Source: an uncultured bacterium (GTDB taxonomy: Bacteria; Acidobacteriota; HRBIN11; JAKEFK01). Taken from it: 64,000 bases of DNA. Within the stretch, counting starts at the first letter, position 1. Each line of letters starts with the position of its first letter. The stretch lies in contig CAVZQN010000008.1 in the NCBI GenBank assembly GCA_963777505.1, forward strand, positions 256,001-320,000, in the 5' to 3' direction. This document shows, piece after piece, positions 1 through 9,660 of the stretch. Position numbers and translations under genes: made by a program. The notes below the pieces were generated by a model. It was not told the DNA's origin, did not search any database, and saw nothing but the letters and a program-made list of their open reading frames with translations.

Positions 1-167
1 GCATTTACAGCCGGCAGATTTTCTGGAATTCCATTTTTGAAATACAGTTGAAGTTTGAAACGTTCCGGTAGTTTCAGTTCTTCAAGAATTCCACGCAAAT
101 ATGCCCCGACACCTGTCGGCTTCCCTTCCAATTCCCGTGCATCAACGCCAATAATTCGTTGAACCAT
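1..167 (-). CDS. GT4-family glycosyltransferase, 5' part only (runs off window)
   Basis: Manual translation from ATG at 167: MVQRIIGVDARELEGKPTGVGAYLRGILEEL, the I-x-I-D-x-R...TGVG-x-Y N-terminus also seen in the adjacent GT4. Confidence 0.8.
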   Translation of the reverse strand, partial: MVQRIIGVDARELEGKPTGVGAYLRGILEELKLPERFKLQLYFKNGIPENLPAVN

Positions 168-197
168 CTATTTTTTAACCACAAAGACACGAAGCAT

Positions 198-1289
198 TTA
201 CAGACTCTTGTAAAGCTCCAGTGTTTTTTGGGCGGTTTCGGTCCAGGAAAATTTCTTTACCCGTTCGTTACCCAAACGAACAAGACTTTCGCGTCTCTCA
301 GGTTTTAAAAGCATTAGACGCATTGCTTGGGAGACAGCTTCTACATTGTTGAATGGAACAGGGTAGAATGAATCTCCACTTACTTCATGAAATACCGGCA
401 AATCTGACCCGATTATTGCGGTCCCTGCGGACATTGCTTCAAGCAAAGGAATACCGAAACCTTCTTCCCTTGAAGGCATAACGAGAGCCACAGATTGTCT
501 GTATAGAGCTCTCAGTTCTTCCCGCGATACATACCCGATCCGTTTAATGCGCCCATTCCCATTCATAGAAGGAGCAGGCCATCGTTGCGGTCCCACAATA
601 ATCAACTGGACATCTTCTTTTAATGCATCAACAGCTTGAAGCACAACAGCAAGATTTTTTCTTGGTTCGAAATCACCGACAAACAAAAAATAAGGACAAG
701 AAACACCTAGCCGTTGAAGGGGTTCTTTTAAGTCCGTGTCGCTGACGGCTTGCGAAAAAAATGGATCGGCAGCAAGACGGATTGTATAAACACGAGACGG
801 ATGAATGTTCAAATATTCAATCAAGATCTGCCGTGTATGTTCTGAAATCGCAATGATTGCATCACTTTTCTGACAATGTTTTTGAAGCAGAGCCTTGTAG
901 TCACGCTTCACTTCACCTGTTGTATCTTCAGGATGAAAATAAAAATACAAATCCATCACGGTTGTAACTCGATGAGCGTTGGATGAAGGAAGGAGTAAAG
1001 GTCCAGGCGAGTGAGCGACATCAAGATCCTGGCCAACGAGCCGGTCAACAGTCGGCCAGCCCAACCGATGCCACGCAAAATTTAATGCAGAAACGGGCAA
1101 CCGGATATCATGCATCTTAAAATTAGGGCCGAAATTCGTATGTGGAAATCGTTCCTTCCAGGAACTTGAAAAAAGGTGATATTCATTTTGTCTATCAATT
1201 GCTGCAAGGGACTTTACAAGATTCTCAACATAAACTCCAACACCAGTTGCCTGAGAAAGTGCAGGACGCATATCAATGCAAATTTTCAT
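198..1289 (-). CDS. Glycosyltransferase family 4 (group 1)
   Basis: MKICIDMR..TGVGVY N-terminus, RKN motif, EGFGIPLLEAM (EX7E); ATG 1289 follows AAGGAAG. Confidence 0.92.
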   Translation of the reverse strand: MKICIDMRPALSQATGVGVYVENLVKSLAAIDRQNEYHLFSSSWKERFPHTNFGPNFKMHDIRLPVSALNFAWHRLGWPTVDRLVGQDLDVAHSPGPLLLPSSNAHRVTTVMDLYFYFHPEDTTGEVKRDYKALLQKHCQKSDAIIAISEHTRQILIEYLNIHPSRVYTIRLAADPFFSQAVSDTDLKEPLQRLGVSCPYFLFVGDFEPRKNLAVVLQAVDALKEDVQLIIVGPQRWPAPSMNGNGRIKRIGYVSREELRALYRQSVALVMPSREEGFGIPLLEAMSAGTAIIGSDLPVFHEVSGDSFYPVPFNNVEAVSQAMRLMLLKPERRESLVRLGNERVKKFSWTETAQKTLELYKSL

Positions 1290-1323
1290 CTTCCTTTTTA
1301 CCGCAGACACTCAGAGACTGGGG

Positions 1324-3444
1324 TTACACTTTGAAAATGGAGATTTCCTGTTTGAGGATGCTGGTTTGCTCCAGCAGTAAAGACAATGCGCGATTCATTG
1401 CGGCTACACTGTCCACATTTTTTTGATTTATTTCTTTGAAGAACTCCACGATTTTTACTATTTGATCGCTGCCTTTCGCCTGTTCTCCGGTTGCTTTCAT
1501 AATATGAGTTACCATTTCTGTTACGTTTTCGATAGCCATTGTTATTTGCTTGCTTCCCTTGGATTGCTCTAACGTGGCGCGGTTTACATAACCTGTCATT
1601 TCACGCATATTTTCAACAGCAGAAATAATCTGTTCACTTCCACCTTTTTGTTCTGTTGTGGCTTTTGTGATTTGCATTGTCATTTCGCGAACTTGTTCGA
1701 TTGCCTGGTTGATCGAACGGATTCCGCGGGATTGTTCCTCGGTGGCATTTGCGATTTCTTTTGCCATATCGGAAGAATTTCGTGCAGAGTCCAGAATTTT
1801 TTTCAAATTCTCGCCCGCTTGAACGGAGAGTTTCACACCTTCTTCAACTGCTTGAGATCCACCGCTCATTGTTTGAACCGCGTTTCCAACATCACGCTGA
1901 ACAGCCCTAATTAAGGTATCAATTTCTTTTGTGGACGATCCTGTACGTTCCGCCAGACCTCGAATTTCCTCTGCAACTACGGCAAAACCTTTACCATGTT
2001 CTCCCGCTTGCGCAGCAATGATTGCAGCATTCAACGCAAGCAGATTCGTTTGTTCGGCGACATCATCAATTACGTTTAAAATCTTGCCGATCTCTTCCGA
2101 ACTGTTGCCAAGTTTTGTTATGACATCACTTGAACGGAATACTGCTTGCTTGATTTTCTCCATTCCTCCGATTGTCATTTCAACTGATCTCATTCCCATT
2201 TCAGCATTCGTTGTAACTTGTTCGCTGAGTGTGTGAGAGCTTGCCGCGCTCTTTTCAACCTGGCGTATTGAACTTTCCATTTCTTTTATAGATACAGCCG
2301 TATCTGAAATGAGATTGCTCAACAATTCAATGCTCTTGTCCACTTGCTGGATTGAAGAAACCATTTCGGCAATCGATGACGCTGTATCATCTACGGATTC
2401 GGAAAGGCTTCTTATATGTCCACTAACCTGCTCAATTGTCGCTGCCATTTCCATGATTGAAGAAGATGTTTCCTCTGAAGAGGCTGAAAGATTTTCAACA
2501 TTTCCCGCAACGCCTTTCAATGATGAATTCATTTCTGTTATGGCGGACGAGATTTCTTCAAGTGATGCAACCTGTGAACGTGATCCTTCAAGAACCTGTA
2601 AAGCATTTGTCTGAATTTGTTCCCGTCCTTCATCGACACGTTTATATGCTTCGCGGATTCCACGAATCATATTTGCAAGGTTTGCTGCCATTGCATTGAA
2701 TGATTCTGCGAGTGTTCCAAGTTCATCCTTGGACGTCGCTTCAACTTGCTGATTCAAATCACCTCTAGCAAGACCCGATGCTGCTTCAGCTACACGGATG
2801 ACAGGCGTGGTTGTAAAAGTTCTTAACAAGTATGCAGCTGCGGCACCAAATAAAATGGCCACAAGAATTACGCCGAGGCACCAATATATTAGGCGGTTGC
2901 GAGCAGCATCAAGAGTATTCGGCTCCATCGCCATACGAACTACACCAATTGTTCTCTTTTGCAGTGCTCCATTCTGTGTAGAAGCCGTGACTTCAACTTG
3001 AGCATGAAAGTCGTATAGCTCTACTCCGTCTTTGCCTAAAACTCGCGCACCTTCAGGTCTTCGTAATAAGGAATCTAAAATAAATCTGGAATAATCTGCG
3101 GGTCTGTGAGCTGGATCGCTTTGTGCCTTGTACTGTCCATCCCCTGTTTGAATAATGTTGCCATCAGGATCAATAAATTCCACATATCTAATTCCTTCTT
3201 CCTGCATCAATTTGTTAATGATCGGTTTGAGCTCATCCGCCAAGCCGAGACTAACTTGATAGGAATGTGATTCTGCCAAACGACGGACGATTACCTGTCC
3301 ACGATTTAACAATTCAGTTTGAAGGCTGCGGTATGAAATAACGATTAAAACGACGCCAAGAGCAACCATCAAGGCGATAAAAGTGAGGACGAGCAGGTTT
3401 ATCTTGAAACGAATACTCTTATTACGGAACCAGGTTATTGCCAT
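1324..3444 (-). CDS. Methyl-accepting chemotaxis protein (2 TM, HAMP, long signalling domain)
   Basis: Two TM segments, HAMP (DELGTLAESFNAM), hairpin tip QTNLLALNAAIIAAQAGEHGKGFAVVAEEIRGLAERT. Confidence 0.95.
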   Translation of the reverse strand: MAITWFRNKSIRFKINLLVLTFIALMVALGVVLIVISYRSLQTELLNRGQVIVRRLAESHSYQVSLGLADELKPIINKLMQEEGIRYVEFIDPDGNIIQTGDGQYKAQSDPAHRPADYSRFILDSLLRRPEGARVLGKDGVELYDFHAQVEVTASTQNGALQKRTIGVVRMAMEPNTLDAARNRLIYWCLGVILVAILFGAAAAYLLRTFTTTPVIRVAEAASGLARGDLNQQVEATSKDELGTLAESFNAMAANLANMIRGIREAYKRVDEGREQIQTNALQVLEGSRSQVASLEEISSAITEMNSSLKGVAGNVENLSASSEETSSSIMEMAATIEQVSGHIRSLSESVDDTASSIAEMVSSIQQVDKSIELLSNLISDTAVSIKEMESSIRQVEKSAASSHTLSEQVTTNAEMGMRSVEMTIGGMEKIKQAVFRSSDVITKLGNSSEEIGKILNVIDDVAEQTNLLALNAAIIAAQAGEHGKGFAVVAEEIRGLAERTGSSTKEIDTLIRAVQRDVGNAVQTMSGGSQAVEEGVKLSVQAGENLKKILDSARNSSDMAKEIANATEEQSRGIRSINQAIEQVREMTMQITKATTEQKGGSEQIISAVENMREMTGYVNRATLEQSKGSKQITMAIENVTEMVTHIMKATGEQAKGSDQIVKIVEFFKEINQKNVDSVAAMNRALSLLLEQTSILKQEISIFKV

Positions 3445-3482
3445 TTATTTATTTGTAGTGATGCCAAGCGGATCGCCATTAA

Positions 3483-4385
3483 TTATTGGTACACCTTATG
3501 AGCCGCATCCTGCACATTTTTCGGAATTGTTAATCCCAGCAATCCTGCTGCGCGAGTGTTGATGATGATCCTGGAACGTTGCATCTCTTGAATAGGGAGT
3601 TTTGATGGAGATGTTCCTTGTAAAATCTTATTTGCTAATTCGCCTGCCATACGCCCCGCCTCTACTGAATCAATCGTCATTGAGAAAATAGCCCCCGATC
3701 TCACGTATCTTTCACTTGGACCTACACACGGAATTTGTTTCGTAAGTGAAGTTTGACCAATGTAACGGATCACTTCCTCTGAGTTTAACGAAGGATCAGG
3801 TGGAATCCAAAGAGCATCTATTTTGTCGATTATTTCTCCCATTGCTTTCTGAATCTCCTGACCATTCGTGATACGTGCCGTGACAAGATCCAGATCCATG
3901 CCGGTTGCAGTAGTCTTTGCTGTGGCAATCAAAGAGTCGTTCGCAGGTTGCGTATAGATAACCCCGAGACGTTTTATTTTTTTATTAATGTTTTTCAGAA
4001 TCGTAAACTGCTCTTTCACCCGGACGTCGACACTGATTCCAGTAACGTTGTCGGCTTTCAATGAATTCGCTTGCGGACTTACAACCATACAAAAAACAAC
4101 AGGCAAAGTTGGGAAAGTATTTTTAGCATATTCTGCAGCCCGCGCGCCTAGAGCCAATACAATCTGATACTTTCCGGACCGTATTTCTGTTGTAATTTCA
4201 TTGTGGTTCGAAAGATCATCCTGGAGCGTAAACTCTTTAGCAGTTTCAAAACAGATGCTAGAAAATCCGTTTCGTGCTTCGTCAAATACAGCAACGCCGG
4301 GGGTTTTTATGATTGCAACGTCAGCATATGACGCCTGAACAATCAGGATCAGGATCATTGAAGAAAGCTTCAGAACATTTATCAT
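3483..4385 (-). CDS. ABC-type substrate-binding protein (ABC_sub_bind family), exported
   Basis: Signal peptide; LPVVFCMV, NVTGIS, DALWIPPD, IINTRAAGLLGLTIP motifs. Confidence 0.85.
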   Translation of the reverse strand: MINVLKLSSMILILIVQASYADVAIIKTPGVAVFDEARNGFSSICFETAKEFTLQDDLSNHNEITTEIRSGKYQIVLALGARAAEYAKNTFPTLPVVFCMVVSPQANSLKADNVTGISVDVRVKEQFTILKNINKKIKRLGVIYTQPANDSLIATAKTTATGMDLDLVTARITNGQEIQKAMGEIIDKIDALWIPPDPSLNSEEVIRYIGQTSLTKQIPCVGPSERYVRSGAIFSMTIDSVEAGRMAGELANKILQGTSPSKLPIQEMQRSRIIINTRAAGLLGLTIPKNVQDAAHKVYQ

Positions 4386-4439
4386 CCGCTCTGGACTCCC
4401 TCCGTTAAATACCTGAAAAGACGCGGGAAAGACGGAAAA

Positions 4440-4468
4440 ATTGTATAACCCCTGAATATTCGAGTCAA
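4440..4468 (-). promoter_or_regulatory. sigma70-type promoter for the SBP-MCP-GT4 run
   Basis: Minus strand TTGACT-N17-TACAAT. Confidence 0.65.
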
Positions 4469-4474
4469 GGACGC

Positions 4475-5326
4475 TTACATTCGAAAACGTGGATCAAGCC
4501 GATCGCGCAATGCATCGCCCAACAAATTGAACATCAAAACAGAAAGAAAAATTGATAAACCTGGGAACATCATAAGGTAAGGAGCATCGAGCAAATGATT
4601 TTTCCCTTCGTTTAACATTGTCCCCCATGATGGATGTGGAGGCTGCACACCAAGACCAAGAAAACTGAGTGAGGATTCTGCAAGGATTACACCTGCAAAA
4701 CTGAAACTAGCATGGACGATCAACGAGGGCATGACATTGGGAAAAATGTGATGAATCAAAATACGCGAGGGGTTTGAACCTAGATTGATTGCAGCGCGGA
4801 CAAAATCTAACTCTCTTAGCTTTAAGGTCAGCCCACGAGCCAGACGTGCATAAGAAACCCACCCGATCGTTACAAGTGCTATGACGACATTTTGCAAACT
4901 GGGTCCGAGTATCGCCATCAGCGCAATTGCCAGCAAGATTCCAGGAAACGCGAGAAGCACATCAGCAAGTCTCATCACTACTTCATCCAGCAAACCGCCT
5001 CGAAATCCTGCAATAAGGCCGACTGAGACACCGAAAACCATGGAAAGAAGTACAACGACGAATGAGACAAAGAATGAAATCCGCCCTCCATACAACAACC
5101 GCGTCAAGATGTCTCGTCCCAATTCATCGGTTCCAAGCCAGTGTTTGCTCGAGGGGACTTGAAGCCTTGAGGGCAGATCAATCGTATCGTAAGCAAAAGG
5201 AGAAAGAACCGGCGCAAGAATTGAGAGGAATAAGATTGCAAAAAGGCCCACGGCGCACAATTGGGCTATCCTGTTTTTAACTGGCAAACTGACAGGTACG
5301 GTACTTTGTTCTGAGACTTCCAGCAT
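4475..5326 (-). CDS. Peptide/nickel ABC transporter permease (DppC/OppC type)
   Basis: HWLGTDELGRDILTRLLYGGR, EAA-like loop, ESSLSFLGLG, FNLLGDALRDRLDPR; likely start ATG 5326. Confidence 0.92.
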   Translation of the reverse strand: MLEVSEQSTVPVSLPVKNRIAQLCAVGLFAILFLSILAPVLSPFAYDTIDLPSRLQVPSSKHWLGTDELGRDILTRLLYGGRISFFVSFVVVLLSMVFGVSVGLIAGFRGGLLDEVVMRLADVLLAFPGILLAIALMAILGPSLQNVVIALVTIGWVSYARLARGLTLKLRELDFVRAAINLGSNPSRILIHHIFPNVMPSLIVHASFSFAGVILAESSLSFLGLGVQPPHPSWGTMLNEGKNHLLDAPYLMMFPGLSIFLSVLMFNLLGDALRDRLDPRFRM

Positions 5327-5384
5327 GGTTTTATTGTAATGGAATGTGTTAATCATCCTCGGATCCGCTCCAATGGCCAAAAAT

Positions 5385-5414
5385 TTGACATTTCCGGCGA
5401 CGTTCCGCTACAAT
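5385..5414 (+). promoter_or_regulatory. sigma70-type promoter for pilB
   Basis: TTGACA-N18-TACAAT upstream of pilB. Confidence 0.6.
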
Positions 5415-5491
5415 CTACAAGTCCAGATACCGACGGAAATTGTTCCGAAATCTAGGATTAGGCTTGTCTCTGGACATTTGTCTTTACATAA

Positions 5492-7222
5492 ATGCCGTTA
5501 AAACTTGGCGAACTGCTTCTCAGAAATAAGCTGGTAACTAAAGAACAGCTTGATAAAGCCCTCGAGCTTCAAAAAACAAACAACAGCAAGCTTGGATATA
5601 ACCTCGTTAAAATGGGGTTCGTTTCGGATGAAGAGATCGCGACCTGCCTCAGCAAACAATTCGGAATTTCTGCAATCAATTTATCGCATTTCGAAATAGA
5701 TCAAAGTGTTTTGGATCTGGTTCCTGTTGAAGTCTGCCGAAAATACGATTTGCTTCCGGTGAACCGCACAGGCGCAGTTCTCACTGTTGCGATGTCGGAT
5801 CCAACGAATATCCGCGCGATGGATGAAATCAACTTTATCTGCGGTTATCAAGTGGAACCTGTTGTTGCATCTGAATATGCAATCAAAGAATCCATTGATA
5901 AATATTATGGCTCAACACACGCTCTAGAATTAAAACAAGCAATGCAAGCCGCGATTGCTGAACGTGATCTTGACACCGATATTGAGGACCTTGAAGTCCT
6001 TGAAGAATCTGCGGAGTTGGATCTTGCAACTCTTGAAAAACAAACTGAAGATGCTCCCGTCGTTAAGCTTGTCAACAAAGTTCTTTACGATGCCCTGAAC
6101 GAAGGCGCAAGCGATATTCACGTTGAACCTTATGAGAAGGAATTTCGCGTACGTTACCGCATTGACGGCGTTTTGTACGTAAAAATAAATCCTCCATTGA
6201 AACTTCGCGATGCCATCACTTCACGTATCAAAATCATGGCAAAGCTGGACATTGCGGAAAAAAGATTGCCACAAGATGGCCGTATCAAGATCAAAACGAA
6301 ACATCAAGGCCGTATGAAGGAATTAGATTATCGTGTCTCCGTTATTCCAACCTTGTACGGTGAGAAAATCGTTTTACGACTGCTTGATAAAGACAACTTA
6401 AAGCTGGATATGACAAAGCTTGGTCTTGAAGCTGACTCGCTGCGGCGTTTGGAAAAAGCAATATTAAAGCCTTATGGAATGATTCTCGTTACAGGACCAA
6501 CTGGCAGCGGAAAGACGAATACTCTTTATTCAGCAATGTCACGTATCAACACTCCGGAAATTAACATCTTAACTGCAGAAGATCCGGTTGAATTCAATAT
6601 CACCGGAATCAATCAAGTTCAGATGAAAGAACAGATCGGATTAAATTTTGCAGCGGCATTGCGTTCTTTCCTGCGACAGGATCCGAATATCATCCTGGTT
6701 GGCGAGATCCGTGATTTTGAAACTGCTGAAATTGCCATTAAAGCAGCATTGACGGGCCATCTTGTTTTAAGCACGCTTCACACAAACGATGCACCAAGCA
6801 CCGTTAACCGCCTGATGAACATGGGAATTGAACCATTTCTTGTAGCATCATCAGTCTTACTCATCGTCGCTCAGCGCTTAATTCGTAAAATTTGTGGCGA
6901 ATGTAAGGAAGAATATCGAGTTCCACTGGAAGCGCTCATCGATATTGGGTTTTCCGAAGATGAAGCAGGTGGAGTTACGATTTACAAAGGGCGGGGATGT
7001 CCGTTATGCGGCAATACTGGGTATAAGGGTAGGGTAGGCTTGTTTGAAGTACTTGAAGTGACGGATAATATCCGTGAATTGATTCTGGTAGGCGCCTCCG
7101 CAATAGAGATACGCCGGAAAGCGGTTGAAGAAGGGATGGTTTCATTGCGTGCCAGCGGCCTGGAAAAGTTGAAAGTGGGACTTACCACAATCGAAGAGGT
7201 ACTACGGGAAACAGTTGCCTAA
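5492..7222 (+). CDS. pilB: Type IV-A pilus assembly ATPase
   Basis: MshEN-like KLGELL N-terminus, Walker A GPTGSGKT, LRQDPNIILVGEIRD, Zn-binding CxxC pairs. Confidence 0.96.
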   Translation: MPLKLGELLLRNKLVTKEQLDKALELQKTNNSKLGYNLVKMGFVSDEEIATCLSKQFGISAINLSHFEIDQSVLDLVPVEVCRKYDLLPVNRTGAVLTVAMSDPTNIRAMDEINFICGYQVEPVVASEYAIKESIDKYYGSTHALELKQAMQAAIAERDLDTDIEDLEVLEESAELDLATLEKQTEDAPVVKLVNKVLYDALNEGASDIHVEPYEKEFRVRYRIDGVLYVKINPPLKLRDAITSRIKIMAKLDIAEKRLPQDGRIKIKTKHQGRMKELDYRVSVIPTLYGEKIVLRLLDKDNLKLDMTKLGLEADSLRRLEKAILKPYGMILVTGPTGSGKTNTLYSAMSRINTPEINILTAEDPVEFNITGINQVQMKEQIGLNFAAALRSFLRQDPNIILVGEIRDFETAEIAIKAALTGHLVLSTLHTNDAPSTVNRLMNMGIEPFLVASSVLLIVAQRLIRKICGECKEEYRVPLEALIDIGFSEDEAGGVTIYKGRGCPLCGNTGYKGRVGLFEVLEVTDNIRELILVGASAIEIRRKAVEEGMVSLRASGLEKLKVGLTTIEEVLRETVA

Positions 7223-7275
7223 TAGGTAACGTCGGCGTATGCCGGCACTGATCTTAGAACTATGAGGGAGTGATT

Positions 7276-8403
7276 ATGGCGGTTACATTACATCAGCTTT
7301 TAAAGCAAATGATCGATATGGGGGGCACCGATCTTCATGTTACGACCCACTGCCCTCCGCAAGTTCGTGTAGATGGTGTTTTAAAACCTCTGACCGAACA
7401 TCCACCTTTAACACCTGTTGATACAAAACGTCTTGCGTATAGCGTTTTAACTGACGCTCAAAAGCATCGTTTTGAAGAAAATCTTGAATTGGATTTTTCA
7501 TTCGGTGTAAAAGGACTTGCCCGTTTCCGCGCGAACGTTTTTAGTCAACGTGGCGCAGTTGCAGCAGCCTATAGAAGAATTCCTTATGAAATTATGAGTT
7601 TTCGCGAATTAGGTTTGCCGCCAATTGTTGAAAAACTCTGCGAAAAACCTCGTGGCCTTGTTCTTGTAACGGGTCCGACCGGTAGCGGTAAGTCAACGAC
7701 ACTTGCTGCGATGCTCGATAAGGTCAATCGTGAGCGTCATGATCACATTGTGACAATTGAGGATCCAATTGAATATTTTCATCAACATCAGAATTGCATT
7801 GTGAATCAGCGTGAATTACATGCGGATACACATTCATTTGGGAATGCATTGCGATCCGTTCTTCGTGAAGATCCGGATGTAGTGCTGATCGGAGAAATGC
7901 GTGATCTAGAAACAATCGAATCCGCATTACGAATCGCAGAAACAGGCCATCTTACGTTCGCAACGTTGCACACGAACTCTGCGAGTCAAACCATCAACCG
8001 TATTATTGACGTCTTTCCGGCGCATCAGCAGTCACAGGTTCGTGCTCAGCTTTCGTTGATTCTTGAAGGAATTATGTGTCAATCACTTTTGCCACGAGCC
8101 AGTGGAAAGGGACGCAGTCTTGCGCTTGAAATTTTGATTCCGAATGCAGCTATACGGAACTTGATTCGTGAAGATAAGGTTCACCAGATTTATTCTTCAA
8201 TGCAATCAGGCCAGTTGAAATTCGGAATGCAGACTTTTAATCAGTCTCTAGCGACTCTTTATTTTAGAAAAGAGATTACGCTGGAGTTAGCGTTAAGCCG
8301 TTCCTCACATCCTGAGGAATTGCAAGAAATGATCAATCGTGGAGCCGGTATTATCACGGGGAATGCTGCTCAAACAACAGGGGCAGGAAGGGCTCGAGGC
8401 TAA
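7276..8403 (+). CDS. pilT: Type IV pilus retraction ATPase
   Basis: GPTGSGKST, LREDPDVVLIGEMRD, AIRNLIRE motif. Confidence 0.97.
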   Translation: MAVTLHQLLKQMIDMGGTDLHVTTHCPPQVRVDGVLKPLTEHPPLTPVDTKRLAYSVLTDAQKHRFEENLELDFSFGVKGLARFRANVFSQRGAVAAAYRRIPYEIMSFRELGLPPIVEKLCEKPRGLVLVTGPTGSGKSTTLAAMLDKVNRERHDHIVTIEDPIEYFHQHQNCIVNQRELHADTHSFGNALRSVLREDPDVVLIGEMRDLETIESALRIAETGHLTFATLHTNSASQTINRIIDVFPAHQQSQVRAQLSLILEGIMCQSLLPRASGKGRSLALEILIPNAAIRNLIREDKVHQIYSSMQSGQLKFGMQTFNQSLATLYFRKEITLELALSRSSHPEELQEMINRGAGIITGNAAQTTGAGRARG

Positions 8404-8423
8404 TAAGGGAGGTACAAAAAACC

Positions 8424-9623
8424 ATGCCTAGCTTTGAATGGAAAGGTAGAAGAGGAGACAAAATCGAGGCAGGCGTACTTGTCGCAGAAAACAAAGAAGC
8501 AGTCCGAGCGCGTTTACGCCGGCAGCAAATTGTTGTAACGCAAGTTCGCGAACAAGGCAAAGAAGTTTCATTTCCGCTGTTACGCGGCGGTGTTTCACAA
8601 AAAGAATTAGCGATCTTTACGCGTCAATTTTCGGTCATGATTGATGCCGGTTTGCCGCTTGTTCAATGTCTCGAAATTCTAGGAACTCAAGCTGAGAACA
8701 AAGTCTTCCAAAAAACACTGCTGCAGGTCCGGCAGGATGTTGAAAGTGGCGCAACTCTGGCCGATTCAATGCGGAAACATCCGCGAGTATTCGATGATCT
8801 TTTCTGCAACATGATTGCAGCAGGTGAAGCGGGCGGTATCCTTGATACAATTCTCCAGCGGCTTGCAACCTATATTGAAAAGATTGTTAAATTGCGACGA
8901 GCCGTTCGGTCTGCAATGATTTATCCAATTGCAGTACTTTCAATCGCTGCAATTGTTGTAGCCGTCATCCTGTGGAAAGTTATTCCAACATTTGCTGCGT
9001 TGTTTGCAGGATTGGGAGCTGAACTTCCTTTACCAACTCGTATCGTAATTGCAGCCAGCAATTTCGTCGGCCGCTACTCTATCTTGATTGTCCTTCTGAT
9101 TATTGCGCTCATCTATGCTTTGAAAAAGTACCATGACACATACAAAGGGAGACGAGTTATAGATGGGCTCCTTTTGAAGTTGCCCGTCCTTGGCACCGTA
9201 TTGCGTAAGATTGCGGTAGCTCGATTCTGCCGTACATTAGCAACTCTAGTTAGTTCCGGTGTTCCGATCCTTGAAGCTCTTGAAATCACTGCCAAAACTT
9301 CAGGAAACGCAATTGTAGAAGATGCGGTTATGGCAACTCGAAAGAGCATTGAAGAAGGAAAAACGATTTCCGAACCATTAAAGGATACTGAAGTTTTTCC
9401 CCCAATGGTCGTTCATATGATTGCAGTCGGCGAGCAAACGGGCGCACTCGATGCAATGCTTTCCAAGATTGCTGATTTTTATGAAGAGGAAGTTGATGCA
9501 GCCGTTGAAAACATGCTGACGTTGATTGAACCGATCATGATTCTATTTCTTGGAATCATCATCGGCGGAATCGTCATATCGATGTATTTGCCGATGTTCT
9601 CCTTACTTAGCAAGATCGGCTAA
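8424..9623 (+). CDS. pilC: Type IV pilus platform protein (GspF family)
   Basis: FTRQFSVMIDAGLPL, GEAGGILD, GEQTGALD, two GspF repeats. Confidence 0.96.
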   Translation: MPSFEWKGRRGDKIEAGVLVAENKEAVRARLRRQQIVVTQVREQGKEVSFPLLRGGVSQKELAIFTRQFSVMIDAGLPLVQCLEILGTQAENKVFQKTLLQVRQDVESGATLADSMRKHPRVFDDLFCNMIAAGEAGGILDTILQRLATYIEKIVKLRRAVRSAMIYPIAVLSIAAIVVAVILWKVIPTFAALFAGLGAELPLPTRIVIAASNFVGRYSILIVLLIIALIYALKKYHDTYKGRRVIDGLLLKLPVLGTVLRKIAVARFCRTLATLVSSGVPILEALEITAKTSGNAIVEDAVMATRKSIEEGKTISEPLKDTEVFPPMVVHMIAVGEQTGALDAMLSKIADFYEEEVDAAVENMLTLIEPIMILFLGIIIGGIVISMYLPMFSLLSKIG

Positions 9624-9660
9624 ACAAAATTGAAGAAATAAAAACCAGGGGGCGGCCTCA

